Assembly: GCA_026387405.1 (NCBI GenBank)
Contig: JAPLLV010000025.1
Span: 44,009 to 108,008 of the forward strand
Reading direction: 5' to 3'
Length of the DNA: 64,000 nucleotides
Source of the DNA: Candidatus Omnitrophota bacterium
Lineage (GTDB): Bacteria; Omnitrophota; Gorgyraeia; Gygaellales; Profunditerraquicolaceae
A program made the translations under genes and the position numbers. Below the pieces are notes generated by a model, which did no database searches, was not told the DNA's origin, and worked only from the letters and a program-made list of their open reading frames with translations. This document shows positions 20,983 to 31,504 of the stretch, in pieces; position 1 is the first letter of the stretch, and every line of letters starts with the position of its first letter.

Positions 20983-22110
20983 ATGGCTCGCTTGATAAAG
21001 CCCGCAAGTATAAGGTTAGAAGCCTCAAGTTTTTGCCAGTTACGATGCCCATGTTGTCCTCAGGCAGAAGGGATCATCAGCGGCGCTTCTGCCTGTTACG
21101 ATACCGCACCCGAAACCCATCGGCAAGAAGATTTTTTAAATCCCTGGTCTATGCACGCCCATCTCGTAAAGAATAAAATAGGCTCAGGGTATCTGACTTT
21201 TTCAAGTTTCGTCAGGTTAGTGGATAAAAACCCATGGATACGGCATATCGAATTATCCAACTGGGGAGAGGCGTTTTTGAATCCTCATCTAATTGACATC
21301 ATGGCATACGCACATAAGCACGGGATTGCGTTAACTGCCGATAACGGGGTAAATTTCAATACTGTATCAGAAGAAGCACTGGAAGCACTAGTGAAATATG
21401 GGTTTTTAAGCCTTTCTTGCTCGATAAACGGGGTAACTGACAAAACATATAAAATGTACAGCGTTGGCGGCGATCTCGAAGTAGTTTTGCGCAATATAGA
21501 AAAAATTAACACTTATAAGAAAAAATATAAAATGCTGTTGCCGTTACTTCATTGGCAGTTTGTTATATTCGGCCACAATGAACAAGAGCTGCTTCCCGCA
21601 AAAAGGCTGGCAGGAACAATGGGGATGTATTTTATCCCCAGGTTTAATGTGAGCGACGCGTATTCCCCGGTAATTCAAAAGTCTTTTATAAAGAGGCAAA
21701 CGCTCGGGGGATATTCTTCCCGGAGGGAATATTTTGAAAGGAGGGGGATCGCTAATAGGCAGAAAATGATTTGCGCGCAGCTTTGGAATGCCCCCCAGAT
21801 TAATTGGGATGGGAGGCTGTTGGGTTGCTGTGTGAATTACTGGGATGATTTCGGGAATGTTTTTGACAACGAACTTGTCGATATGCTGCAGAGTGATAAG
21901 ATCGCGTATGCCCGCCAGATGCTTTTAGGAAAAAGGCCTCCCCGCGATGATATATTATGCACCCATTGTATATACTATAAGATCATGAGAGACAAGGGTA
22001 AATGGTTAAATATGGCCGAAATCATTCTATACAAGAGCGGATATGATCTAAAATACAGGTGTATCCGTTTATTCAATGGGTATCCACTTCCGGTTAAGTA
22101 CTGTATATAA
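20983..22110 (+). CDS. radical SAM enzyme with Cys-rich SPASM/twitch-like C-terminal domain
   Basis: CX3CX2C (SSFCQLRCPCC) near the N-terminus. Cys-rich C-terminus (CAQLWN…GCCVNYWDD…CTHCIYY). Confidence 0.7.
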   Translation: MARLIKPASIRLEASSFCQLRCPCCPQAEGIISGASACYDTAPETHRQEDFLNPWSMHAHLVKNKIGSGYLTFSSFVRLVDKNPWIRHIELSNWGEAFLNPHLIDIMAYAHKHGIALTADNGVNFNTVSEEALEALVKYGFLSLSCSINGVTDKTYKMYSVGGDLEVVLRNIEKINTYKKKYKMLLPLLHWQFVIFGHNEQELLPAKRLAGTMGMYFIPRFNVSDAYSPVIQKSFIKRQTLGGYSSRREYFERRGIANRQKMICAQLWNAPQINWDGRLLGCCVNYWDDFGNVFDNELVDMLQSDKIAYARQMLLGKRPPRDDILCTHCIYYKIMRDKGKWLNMAEIILYKSGYDLKYRCIRLFNGYPLPVKYCI

Positions 22111-22142
22111 GATATGATTGTTGCGTATCTCTTGATAGCTCC

Positions 22143-23639
22143 ATGGAAAGAATCTTACTGATAAATCCCGGGCAGGTGTATTATAAAAAAACATTTCGGA
22201 CATGTTGGCCGGGATCTATAGGCTTGCCATTGGGGATGCTTTATGCGGCTGCTGCCTTAGAAAGAGAAAGGTGCCGCGTCAAAGTGCTGGATTGTCTCGT
22301 TTCCGATCACACCATCCTGGAGAAACGCGGTGATCATTTTTTCTATGGTATCCCCGACAATAAACTGCGGACTTTGGTAAAAGAATATAAACCGGATATC
22401 GTGGCTATAGGCAGCCAATTCATGACACAGGAGGAAAATGTTTCCAGGACCGCTAAATTGGTCAAAGATATCGATACTTCTATTCAGGTAATCGTTGGCG
22501 GAGCAAATACAGGTTGCAGATACAAATATCTCCTTGAGCAGGGAGATATCGACATCGCCATAAAAGGAGAGAGCGAACAGGCTATTAGCAATCTTATTAA
22601 GTACTTTAGAGGAAATATAAAACTAGAGTCTATCTCTGGTATCGCGTATCGCAGAGAAAACCAAGTTTGCGAAACCGTTGGTCCCGAATATATCGATAAT
22701 TTGGATGGTTTGCCTCTTCCCGCCTATCATTTAGTCGATATGGAAGCTTACTTTAACCTATATAAAAAAGGAGTCTATGCGCGCGATCGTAATGTTAAAC
22801 GAGTTATACCAATGGTCACAAGCAGAGGGTGCCCGTATAGATGTATTTTTTGTTCCGTTTCGCATAGTATGGGAAAGCGTTGGCGGGCTCATTCAGCTGA
22901 ATATACCTCGCGTCACATCATAGCTGTTTCAAAACGATACAACGTAAGGCACATACATTTTGAAGACGACAATCTCTTAATGGACATAAAACGGTTCATG
23001 GCTATACTGGATACCCTAAATAAAGAAAGTATAACTTGGGATACCCCTAATGGTATCCGAGTTGATCCGCGCATAGATGAGGATATTCTAAAGAGGTTCA
23101 AGCAATGCGGATGCAAGTACCTCACGATAGGCATTGAATCCGGCGATCAGGAAGTCTTGGATAGGGTAATAAAAAAAGACATAACATTAGAAGACGTAAC
23201 GGCCTTTGCCAAGAAATGTAAAAGGATCGGCTTGCCCTTACGCGCATTTTTTATACTGGGGTTTCCCGGGGAAACGATAGAATCGATGTATAAGACCGTA
23301 GCATTTGCCTGCTTTATTCTCAAGAAGTATAATGTGGAGATAATAAATCACATCGCGACACCAATTTTTGGCACAGAACTGTACGATATCTGCCGCGATA
23401 ATGATTATTTTGCAAGCGAGGTTTCGCCGCGAACTCTCTCTGAATCGACGGTCCCGGACGGGCATTGCCTGATACGCACCGAAACGTTTACGGCAAAAGA
23501 CGTAGAATCTTTAAGTAATTCGCTTACAAGAAAAGTATACAGAAGACTATTCATCAGAGGGTTACGGTATCCGCTTAGTTCCCTGAGGAGAATAGGCAAC
23601 ACATACATGTTTATTAGGGCCCTGCGATGGTTGGTGTAA
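22143..23639 (+). CDS. cobalamin-binding (class B) radical SAM enzyme
   Basis: B12-binding-like N-terminus (IVGGANTG); VTSRGCPYRCIFCSVS. Confidence 0.8.
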   Translation: MERILLINPGQVYYKKTFRTCWPGSIGLPLGMLYAAAALERERCRVKVLDCLVSDHTILEKRGDHFFYGIPDNKLRTLVKEYKPDIVAIGSQFMTQEENVSRTAKLVKDIDTSIQVIVGGANTGCRYKYLLEQGDIDIAIKGESEQAISNLIKYFRGNIKLESISGIAYRRENQVCETVGPEYIDNLDGLPLPAYHLVDMEAYFNLYKKGVYARDRNVKRVIPMVTSRGCPYRCIFCSVSHSMGKRWRAHSAEYTSRHIIAVSKRYNVRHIHFEDDNLLMDIKRFMAILDTLNKESITWDTPNGIRVDPRIDEDILKRFKQCGCKYLTIGIESGDQEVLDRVIKKDITLEDVTAFAKKCKRIGLPLRAFFILGFPGETIESMYKTVAFACFILKKYNVEIINHIATPIFGTELYDICRDNDYFASEVSPRTLSESTVPDGHCLIRTETFTAKDVESLSNSLTRKVYRRLFIRGLRYPLSSLRRIGNTYMFIRALRWLV

Positions 23640-24544
23640 TTAGCAAAAATTGTTACGATACGAATCCAATATTTTCTATTGTTATTCCTACTTATAACCG
23701 CCGCGAACAATTAAAAGAATGCCTCGCATCATTATTCAGCCAGATTCCCGGGCGAGGTTTATTTGAGATTATCGTTATCGAAGATGGCAGCGATTGTGTT
23801 TTATGCGAAGATAAGGATTTTGGCTCCGACACGGGAAAGATACGGTATATAACTACGAGGCATCAAGGTCCGGCCGCGGCCCGGAATCTCGGCATAAAAG
23901 AAGCGCGCGGGGAGATCGTTATCTTCCTTGACGATGATGTAATAGCGGCTAGCGGGTGGGCTAAATCGGTAATAGAGAGTTGGAAAAGTTATCCAGGCAT
24001 AGATGGCATTGGCGGATATATCGTAAGTGACCCCAAAGACACTATATGCGCAAGAGTGAGTTGTGTTTTTTTTAACTGGTTCCTGGATAAGGCCGTGACG
24101 AAAGCCGATTACGCCTGTTTTATGAGCACGTGCAATGCAGGATATACTAAAAAAGCTCTCATAAGAGTCAATGGGTTTGATGAGCAGTTTAGGGGAGCGT
24201 ACGGTGAGGACCGGGATTTGAACGCGAGGATCCTACAGAGCGGCGGGAAAATGCGCTTGACTAAAGATATGATAGTTTATCACGATAGATACTTGAGTTT
24301 TTCCCGCTTCCTGACGCGAAATTTTAATTACGGGAAAGCCTCTTTTCACATATATAACAAGCACCCTAAATTCGCGCGTTCACAATTTTGCAGTTATCTG
24401 TATTTATCCAACTCGATGTTCTATGCGTTCGAAAAACATAGGGAAAAGATCCTGGCGTGTCTATTGTTAGCCGTCTCGCAAATAGCCACTCTTTGCGGAT
24501 ATTTTGTCGCTTCTTTTACCTGGCGTAGAGGAAATTCCCGATGA
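23627..24544 (+). CDS. GT2 glycosyltransferase
   Basis: FSIVIPTYNRREQL…VIEDGSD…DDDV. Confidence 0.75.
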   Translation: MVGVISKNCYDTNPIFSIVIPTYNRREQLKECLASLFSQIPGRGLFEIIVIEDGSDCVLCEDKDFGSDTGKIRYITTRHQGPAAARNLGIKEARGEIVIFLDDDVIAASGWAKSVIESWKSYPGIDGIGGYIVSDPKDTICARVSCVFFNWFLDKAVTKADYACFMSTCNAGYTKKALIRVNGFDEQFRGAYGEDRDLNARILQSGGKMRLTKDMIVYHDRYLSFSRFLTRNFNYGKASFHIYNKHPKFARSQFCSYLYLSNSMFYAFEKHREKILACLLLAVSQIATLCGYFVASFTWRRGNSR

Positions 24545-25641
24545 GCATCCTTCCGCTCACCACGAGAATTGACGCAAACCTGGGGTACGCATGCAACAAT
24601 GACTGTCTTTTCTGTTATTTTAAAGAGCGCAAAAGAACCAGGAATAGCATCTCGACTCAACAGGCGAAGAGGCTTTTTAGCCGTATCAAACGGTTGGGTA
24701 TCGAGACGCTTGAGATAACCGGCGGAGAAGTAACGATCCGAGATGATATCATTGAACTCATCGCTTTTGCCAAAAGAGACCTGCGGTTCAAGAAAATCAC
24801 AGTAATTACAAACGGGAGCAGATTCTGCGATGAGGAATTCACGGCAAGCGCTTCTGCCGCCGGGGTGGACGATGTCTTGATTTCTCTTCATGGTTCTTCT
24901 GCCAGGCTGCACGATAAACTTGTGGGAAGGGGGGGTGCTTATGATAATGCGGTTGAAGCGATAAACAACGTTATCCGGGCAGGCATATCTTGCCGGACGA
25001 ATACCGTAGTTACGGCTTATAATTACCGTGAGGCTTCAAATATCGCAGCGCTAATTTATAGCCTCGGCGTTCGTAAGGTCAATTATATTTATTTTTCTCC
25101 CTTAGATGATGCCGCTAATGTGGAAACGGATTTATGGGTAAGATATTCGGATACCGCATCGCATATCAGGGCCATGCTTAGTTTATATAAGGATAAGTTT
25201 AAGGCCATCTCTATTAAAGTATTCCCATTTTGTTTACTCGGAGGTTACGAAGAATACATAACCAATTTCTTTCAAAACATATACGATCCATATGAGTGGG
25301 ATTTTTATAATCGTGTGCGCATACGCAGGAATATGCTTCAGCGAGATTTGGCGGTAGCAGCCGGATTACTATTGTTTATGGACATAAGAAGGATCCTGCA
25401 AATAGGTTTTCGGAAGAGTTGTTACGAAAGCATCGTGCGCGTGCAGTCCTTCCGGGAGTGCGTCAAGGCGCATGTATGCAGGCGTTGCAAATATGATTAT
25501 ATATGTCCCGGTATTTGGAAATCGTATGCGCAACGTTTCGGCATGAACGAGCTTAATCCGGTACTCGGGAAAAAGATAAAAGATTTAGACTTTTGTCTTC
25601 GCAAAAGATTTTCCGATTACCCTATCGAACCTTATGCATAG
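24541..25641 (+). CDS. radical SAM/SPASM-domain enzyme
   Basis: LGYACNNDCLFCYF cluster motif; ITGGEVTI; C-terminal Cys cluster (CRRCKYDYICPG). Confidence 0.75.
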   Translation: MSILPLTTRIDANLGYACNNDCLFCYFKERKRTRNSISTQQAKRLFSRIKRLGIETLEITGGEVTIRDDIIELIAFAKRDLRFKKITVITNGSRFCDEEFTASASAAGVDDVLISLHGSSARLHDKLVGRGGAYDNAVEAINNVIRAGISCRTNTVVTAYNYREASNIAALIYSLGVRKVNYIYFSPLDDAANVETDLWVRYSDTASHIRAMLSLYKDKFKAISIKVFPFCLLGGYEEYITNFFQNIYDPYEWDFYNRVRIRRNMLQRDLAVAAGLLLFMDIRRILQIGFRKSCYESIVRVQSFRECVKAHVCRRCKYDYICPGIWKSYAQRFGMNELNPVLGKKIKDLDFCLRKRFSDYPIEPYA

Positions 25642-25665
25642 GCTATTCGTAACGATTCAGGATTG

Positions 25666-26709
25666 TTAATTACGGAATATGTGGCAGCAGTTTATGCATC
25701 TGGGGGGCAGGGTTTTATTGTCTAAGAAAGATTTTCTCGCCGCCAGGGCTTTTTGATTGTTCCACAATGTCTTAACGCATTCATTTTTGATATTTCCAAT
25801 AATTGTATCGCAAATTTTTGCGCTTCCATCGGGTAAAATATAAAGGTAAGTCCAAGGGACATAACAGCTGAATTCATTCATATCAAAACTTGCGAGACCA
25901 GACGCCTCATTTACATAAAGCTTCATTATATCATCGATCAGGAAATTATTTTTCAGGCGAAAATGCAATTTAAATTTTTTAGCTAAAGATGCCGATTTTT
26001 CTATCTGCGAACGAAGGTATTGTTTATCCAGCTCTCTATACTCTTCTAATAGATCGGAGCCCGTTAGCCTGCAGTCAGGAGTAAGGCAGATCCCATCAGC
26101 CCCTAGATCGTAAGCAAATTCAATCATCTCTGGTAAGAGGGGTATGGTTTCTTTCAAGATAATGGTATTAATGATCACTTTTGGGAGGAAACGCCTCCCG
26201 CGGCGCTTTATCTTTGATATCTCGCGCATTGCCGCGGTGGCCTTTTGTAATATACCGTCAAGTCCCCTGATTTTATCGTGGACATATCCTATTGGAGCGT
26301 CAATGCTTAGATTGATCAGCCACACGCCATTCGTAATTAAGTCCTGGACGACATCTTTGTTTAACATCGAACCATTAGTCAGCACTTGCACACGGTGACG
26401 CCGCGAGCTGATCCTTATAATATCCATAAAATCTTTTGTCAATGTCGGCTCGCCTCCGGTAAAGGTAATGATAGACCATCCGGGCAGCCGTTCGATAAGC
26501 GGAGCCAGCTCGGCAAGGGTCAATTCTCCCTGATGATGCCTTAATATATTTTGGATATCACACATATAACACGCAGCGTTGCATCGATGCGTTAGACATA
26601 TTCCTACACGTAGAGGCAGGGGGGCGCGAATCCCGTACGTTCTTCTTAATAGCAGGGTATATTTTCGTAATAAGAAATTATATGTTGAAAAAGCCAGCGT
26701 ATTCGCCAT
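25666..26709 (-). CDS. radical SAM/SPASM-domain enzyme (paralogue family A)
   Basis: CLTHRCNAACYMCDI, FTGGEPTL, C-terminal Cys cluster (CDTIIGN…PRCINCCH). Paralogous to the 28297 and 31501 ORFs. Confidence 0.75.
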   Translation of the reverse strand: MANTLAFSTYNFLLRKYTLLLRRTYGIRAPLPLRVGICLTHRCNAACYMCDIQNILRHHQGELTLAELAPLIERLPGWSIITFTGGEPTLTKDFMDIIRISSRRHRVQVLTNGSMLNKDVVQDLITNGVWLINLSIDAPIGYVHDKIRGLDGILQKATAAMREISKIKRRGRRFLPKVIINTIILKETIPLLPEMIEFAYDLGADGICLTPDCRLTGSDLLEEYRELDKQYLRSQIEKSASLAKKFKLHFRLKNNFLIDDIMKLYVNEASGLASFDMNEFSCYVPWTYLYILPDGSAKICDTIIGNIKNECVKTLWNNQKALAARKSFLDNKTLPPRCINCCHIFRN

Positions 26710-26856
26710 AACTATTTCCTTTTTGATAACCGCGCAGGTTGATTTAAAAAGTATAGCATAGAGGTATAAAAAAGGTAAATAAATTTTGATAGTTTTTATG
26801 TACCCCCCGGGTATAATATATGCGGTTTTTTGATGTTTGAAAGAAAGGGTTGTGGG

Positions 26857-28305
26857 ATGAAGGTATTATTGATTACGACTCCGTATAAGAGTAAGGCGTA
26901 CAGGGTATTGAACAAAAGAATTCCTGCGACGCTTCCTTTTTTAGGCATCGCATATGTGGCGGCGGTCCTCGAGCGGGAAGGTATCCCCGTTCGGTTGTTA
27001 GACGCATGGGGTAGAAATCTAGGTTTTGAAGATATCCGCAAAGAGATTGCCGCCTTTCGTCCGGATATAATCGGCATCACCTGTACGGCAAGTGCATTTG
27101 GGGTCAGCGTAGAGTTGGCAAGGAAAATCAAGGATTGTGCAAAGGATATCACTATAGTCTTGGGAGGGCCGTATGTTTCGGCCATTCCCGAAGAAACTCT
27201 GCGTGAAATACCCTGGGTCGATGTGGTAGTGATAGGCGAGGGCGAACATACCATGCTGGAGTTGGCGCAAGCCAATCCTTTACATGCAATCAAAGGGATT
27301 GCCTATCGTTCAGGAGGCCGCATCTTGGTTAATGAGCCCCGGCCCCTCATATACAACCTCGATGCGTTGCCTTTTCCTGCCAGGAATTTTTATCGCATGG
27401 CTGATTACCGCCGCCCTTTTTACGAATTCCACGGAACACCGTTTGCATCCATCGTCACAAGCAGGGGATGCCCTTTTAAATGCCGATTCTGCGCGTCGCA
27501 TACCGTGGCCGGCAGGGAAATACGCCTGAGGAGTATCCCAAATATTATTAAAGAGATTGATATGCTCCTTGAGCGATATAAAGTCAGGTTTATCAGCATA
27601 GCTGATGACGCGCCGGTATTTACCATGGACGAAGCGCGCCTGAGTGAATTTTGCCGGGCGATCAAGGGGAAAGGATTTCTTTGGGGAGCCAAGGCGAGGG
27701 CTGATTCAATCAATGAAAATAACCTTAGGATGCTTAGGGATGCGGGATGCAGAATACTTGAGATCGGCTGTGAGTCGGGCAATCCGGGCATATTGGAGGG
27801 ATGGGAAAAGGGAGTTTCCGTTACTCAGATCAAAAATGCCTTCAGGCTCATGAACAAATTCGGGATAAATTCCGTGGCGATGTTTATGCTGGGTGCTCCT
27901 GCCGAAACAAAAGAGACGGTGCTTGGTACGATACGGTTTGCCAAAGAACTCGGAGCAACGTATTGCATTGCCAGAATACTCTATCCTTATCCTGGCACGG
28001 AAGCCTATGCTGATCTCAAAGCGCAAAAGATGCTGCATTCGAAAAGCTGGGATGAGATCAGGTATCCGCAAAGCGGAGATTCTATCCTTGTGCATCCGAA
28101 TTCAACCACCAGCGAGCTATGCCTGCCAAATCTGACCTTTAACCAGTTGCTTAGACTGCAAAGGCGCATGCACAGGGATTTTTATTTGAATAAACGGTAT
28201 ATATTCTCTACGTTATCAAGATTAAAAGATTGGCATGCCGTTAAGGTATATGGCAGGCTCTTGATTGGTGTGGTGCGTTTTTGGTTCAGGTGGGGTTTAC
28301 AGTAA
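26857..28305 (+). CDS. cobalamin-binding (class B) radical SAM enzyme
   Basis: VLGGPYVSAIPEE; VTSRGCPFKCRFCASH. Start chosen at ATG 26857 (MKVLLITTPY); TTG 26830 and ATG 26833 are alternatives. Confidence 0.8.
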   Translation: MKVLLITTPYKSKAYRVLNKRIPATLPFLGIAYVAAVLEREGIPVRLLDAWGRNLGFEDIRKEIAAFRPDIIGITCTASAFGVSVELARKIKDCAKDITIVLGGPYVSAIPEETLREIPWVDVVVIGEGEHTMLELAQANPLHAIKGIAYRSGGRILVNEPRPLIYNLDALPFPARNFYRMADYRRPFYEFHGTPFASIVTSRGCPFKCRFCASHTVAGREIRLRSIPNIIKEIDMLLERYKVRFISIADDAPVFTMDEARLSEFCRAIKGKGFLWGAKARADSINENNLRMLRDAGCRILEIGCESGNPGILEGWEKGVSVTQIKNAFRLMNKFGINSVAMFMLGAPAETKETVLGTIRFAKELGATYCIARILYPYPGTEAYADLKAQKMLHSKSWDEIRYPQSGDSILVHPNSTTSELCLPNLTFNQLLRLQRRMHRDFYLNKRYIFSTLSRLKDWHAVKVYGRLLIGVVRFWFRWGLQ

Positions 28306-29373
28306 CCTTGCCCGCATTAAGAAGATAGAGATCTTATCCCTAAGAGCGTATTCCCGTAGCGCCGAGCATATGCATGGCCGGGAACATCGAAATAATTCCT
28401 GCCTTTGTGCCTGAGCGGTTTTCCCAAACCAGATTTCTTTTAGGGATTGTGCGCGTACATTACCAATGGCAGGGAAGTAATAACATAGCTTAACGTCGCC
28501 ATTGGACAAGATGTACATATTCTTTAGCCCAATATAACAGTGTTTTCTTGGCGGTACGCTCGCAGGATCCCTGTAGTACAGCTTCATCTTCTCAAGATAA
28601 TATATCGGAGTGACAATGGGGAATCCTATCTTTTTTTTATGAATGAGCAGATCGATTTGTCTGTCCAGCTCTTTTAAGTCCTCTATTTTGAACAAGGGGT
28701 CTTGAGCCCATGCAAAGGCCGGCCCTACAACGCGCACGTTATGCCCGAAACTGGAAAGTATTGGGATGAAATCTACGATATCCGCTCCGGTTTCTCGCGC
28801 CCACAAGACGAAATCGTTCAAGGTTTTATAATTATCCCTGGTAATTACCGGAGAATAGCATATTCGTACCCTATTATTCCTGGATCGAATGTACTTCGTA
28901 GCTTCGACAATTCGCGCGTGAAGGCCTTTGATGCCTTTGTATGAATCATGGATATCTGGGTCGATACTGTTTATTGAGAAGTTGAGATAGTTGACTCCGG
29001 TGGCGAGAATACTGTCAATGTGCTTCGCGTCAAATACGATACCATTGGTGATGGCCGTAGTGTAAAATCCCAGATTGTTTGCCCGCGTCAGTATTTCAGA
29101 AAAGTCCGATCTCACAAAGGGTTCTCCCCCGGTAAAATTAATGACACTATAAGGCGACCATGCGCGTAATTGGGAAAGCAGCGAAAGGCATTCGCGCGCA
29201 GAGAGTTCCTCTTTTTCACAAGGTTTCCATAAATCGCAGGTTGTGCACCGGGCATTGCATCTTTCCGTGACAGCGAAAGAGATTATCTGCGGCGGCTGTA
29301 CGCGCTTTTTTGAAGACATCGCGCACTTATTCAGGAGTTCTTTTTTGAGAGCAGAGATGGCATGCTTTAGCAT
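28297..29373 (-). CDS. radical SAM/SPASM-domain enzyme (paralogue family A)
   Basis: VTERCNARCTTCDLW, FTGGEPFV, C-terminal LCYYFPAIGNV…CSRPCIC. Confidence 0.75.
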   Translation of the reverse strand: MLKHAISALKKELLNKCAMSSKKRVQPPQIISFAVTERCNARCTTCDLWKPCEKEELSARECLSLLSQLRAWSPYSVINFTGGEPFVRSDFSEILTRANNLGFYTTAITNGIVFDAKHIDSILATGVNYLNFSINSIDPDIHDSYKGIKGLHARIVEATKYIRSRNNRVRICYSPVITRDNYKTLNDFVLWARETGADIVDFIPILSSFGHNVRVVGPAFAWAQDPLFKIEDLKELDRQIDLLIHKKKIGFPIVTPIYYLEKMKLYYRDPASVPPRKHCYIGLKNMYILSNGDVKLCYYFPAIGNVRAQSLKEIWFGKTAQAQRQELFRCSRPCICSALREYALRDKISIFLMRARLL

Positions 29374-29385
29374 ATTCGGTGTTTT

Positions 29386-30339
29386 TTATGCGTAAAGAGA
29401 TTTTTTGGTTTTGTGCGCATTTCGCCAAAAGCGTAAATATGTTATAAGGATAGCAAGGGTGCGCTTTACCTTCTCAATATCGAAATAAGCGTAAGTTCTA
29501 TAACCTGAGAAATATGTCTTTTGAAGGAATTGTTTGAAAGCAGGATAACTTGCATGAATGAGTTCCGCACCTATATCCCAAGGTTTGGGAGAGTCCAGGA
29601 AATGGCATAATATATCGTGGTGGAAGCGTAAATCTAGTACGGGTTCCCGGGTAAAGAAAGGCACATTGAATTTTTCCGGCAGAAAAGCGACACGGTTATA
29701 GAGTATTATATTGAGAATAGCTTGATCAGCGCTGGGGAATTGAGAGGGGTGTTTGTCCATAAGCGCAACGCATTTTTCCGTGTAGTTATTTTCTCTCCAT
29801 CTGCGCGCGTCAATAAGCATGACGCCGGCGTTGAAATATCGCGCATTATCCGGCATGCCGCATTTAAGCAGGGCGTCGCGCTCTAAGTGCCAGACGTTCT
29901 TAATGATAGTGTTTGAGACAACCGCTGCGACATTATTGTTTAGCGGGAAAGAAAATAATGCGCGTAAATCAGTTAATACAAGTAAATCCGCGTCAAGATA
30001 GATAAATCGCTCTACCTTAAGGGAGTCCGGGATATGAATCCGCACCAGGGTCATTTTATTGCCATAAATCCCCCTTGATTTACCCAAATTTATAGCTGTT
30101 GTATCATAGAGATGCAATGCGTATTTTCCCGTGAATTCATGTAGTGTCATGTGCAGCCGTTTGACCCTCTCCAGATCATAATCCTTAAGAAATAAATGGA
30201 GATTAACAAAACTACCAGACAAGGCAAGTGAGGCCAGTGCGGAATATAATGTTACGTGCAGGCCGATTTCCATATTTCTGTCAGCGGCTAGGGCAATTTC
30301 TAATCGTTTCTGGTTCTGTGAACCTTTATAATTATCCAT
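29386..30339 (-). CDS. GT8 glycosyltransferase (LPS-type retaining glycosyltransferase family)
   Basis: DxD YLDADLLV and the NAGVMLIDARRW motif typical of GT8. Confidence 0.75.
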   Translation of the reverse strand: MDNYKGSQNQKRLEIALAADRNMEIGLHVTLYSALASLALSGSFVNLHLFLKDYDLERVKRLHMTLHEFTGKYALHLYDTTAINLGKSRGIYGNKMTLVRIHIPDSLKVERFIYLDADLLVLTDLRALFSFPLNNNVAAVVSNTIIKNVWHLERDALLKCGMPDNARYFNAGVMLIDARRWRENNYTEKCVALMDKHPSQFPSADQAILNIILYNRVAFLPEKFNVPFFTREPVLDLRFHHDILCHFLDSPKPWDIGAELIHASYPAFKQFLQKTYFSGYRTYAYFDIEKVKRTLAILITYLRFWRNAHKTKKSLYA

Positions 30340-31504
30340 GGCCGTTGGTATTATTAATAAGGTTCGGACGCAGATATGAGCAGGATAGTTGCTTTATCAG
30401 CAGAATAATCATCAAGAGTATGAGAACGGATACATATTTTAATGGTATCGGAGGGCCTAGGTTAGAAAGATAGGGATAATAACTAAGAAATGAAGAGAGG
30501 GCTAATATTATAGGAATAAAGAAAAATCGTGGATGATAAAAAACAAAGACAATGCTAAGAATATCCGCCAGAAAAAAATACCGCTCATGCATCATTGGCG
30601 AGATGAAGGGGATAAGTAAGGAGCTGAACATCGCGATATCGATATAGGCTTGCGCTTTCCGTCCTTCTTCATATTTAATATAGGAGAATGCGAGTGTCAT
30701 AAGAAGCATTATCAATAAAACAGAGAGCCCGCCGGATAATAAGATCCCCGGATTATTAGGGATCCATTGGTAGATATTAGGGGCATTAAAGGTTAAGCTG
30801 TAATGCCTCTGGATCGATACTATTTTCCAATCGTAAAATAATAAATCAGTAAACGGCTTCCCGGCCAACCAGCATGGAATGATCGAAAGGATGTAGATGA
30901 GGGGAGTATAGATAAGCAACTTCCATATCCTGCCCTTATTTTGTAAGGCCCAGGTAGCGTAGAGAGGAAGCAGGATCAGCGGTGCCACGGGTTTACAGGT
31001 TAAAGAAGCCGCAAATAATATAACTATCTTCCAGTCGTTAGTTGAGTTGTCGAGCAATAGATAATAAAGAGAGGCCATGATGAGGGCGATGTGTACTGTA
31101 TCCCACTGCCCCCAATAACTACTGTTGATGATTACGGAAGGGTAGAAAAGGAAACACCAGCATGCCAAAACAGCGGGGAATGTATTATCTTTATAGCGAA
31201 GTTTAACAATCTTGTATACGAATAAACATATTACCGCTTCAAAAAAAAGCGAAATAAACTTAATTGCATACAATGCTTTTATAGGTATAAGGGTAACTAA
31301 TAATAAAAAGTACAGGAATATATGTGATACATGGAAAAAGTAACTCAGGCCGCTTATCCCATGCGTACGCAAATACTCATAATAGGCAAGGTGCATATTT
31401 GTATCGTAGCTGACGAAATAAAATAAGGGCACCCGGATGCTTATGGCCAGACAAATTCCTAAGAGGAGGAGAAATCGCGCTTGTTTTATCCGCCAAAGTT
31501 TCAC
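30332..31504 (-). CDS. polytopic integral membrane protein, possibly a GT-C/DUF2029-like glycosyltransferase
   Basis: Ten or more TM helices and no soluble domains. Only the context suggests a membrane glycosyltransferase or flippase-like role. Confidence 0.45.
   Translation of the reverse strand: MKLWRIKQARFLLLLGICLAISIRVPLFYFVSYDTNMHLAYYEYLRTHGISGLSYFFHVSHIFLYFLLLVTLIPIKALYAIKFISLFFEAVICLFVYKIVKLRYKDNTFPAVLACWCFLFYPSVIINSSYWGQWDTVHIALIMASLYYLLLDNSTNDWKIVILFAASLTCKPVAPLILLPLYATWALQNKGRIWKLLIYTPLIYILSIIPCWLAGKPFTDLLFYDWKIVSIQRHYSLTFNAPNIYQWIPNNPGILLSGGLSVLLIMLLMTLAFSYIKYEEGRKAQAYIDIAMFSSLLIPFISPMMHERYFFLADILSIVFVFYHPRFFFIPIILALSSFLSYYPYLSNLGPPIPLKYVSVLILLMIILLIKQLSCSYLRPNLINNTNGHG

Noticed and set aside
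24421-24912. 163-aa minus-strand ORF overlapping the GT2 / radical-SAM junction
   Set aside because: Antisense to two motif-bearing genes (DxD GT2 and the CxxxCxxC rSAM) with no independent evidence.
26796-27293. 165-aa minus-strand ORF antisense to the 5' end of the B12-rSAM gene at 26857
   Set aside because: Overlaps a confidently assigned gene. Pro/Ser/Thr-rich antisense-type composition.
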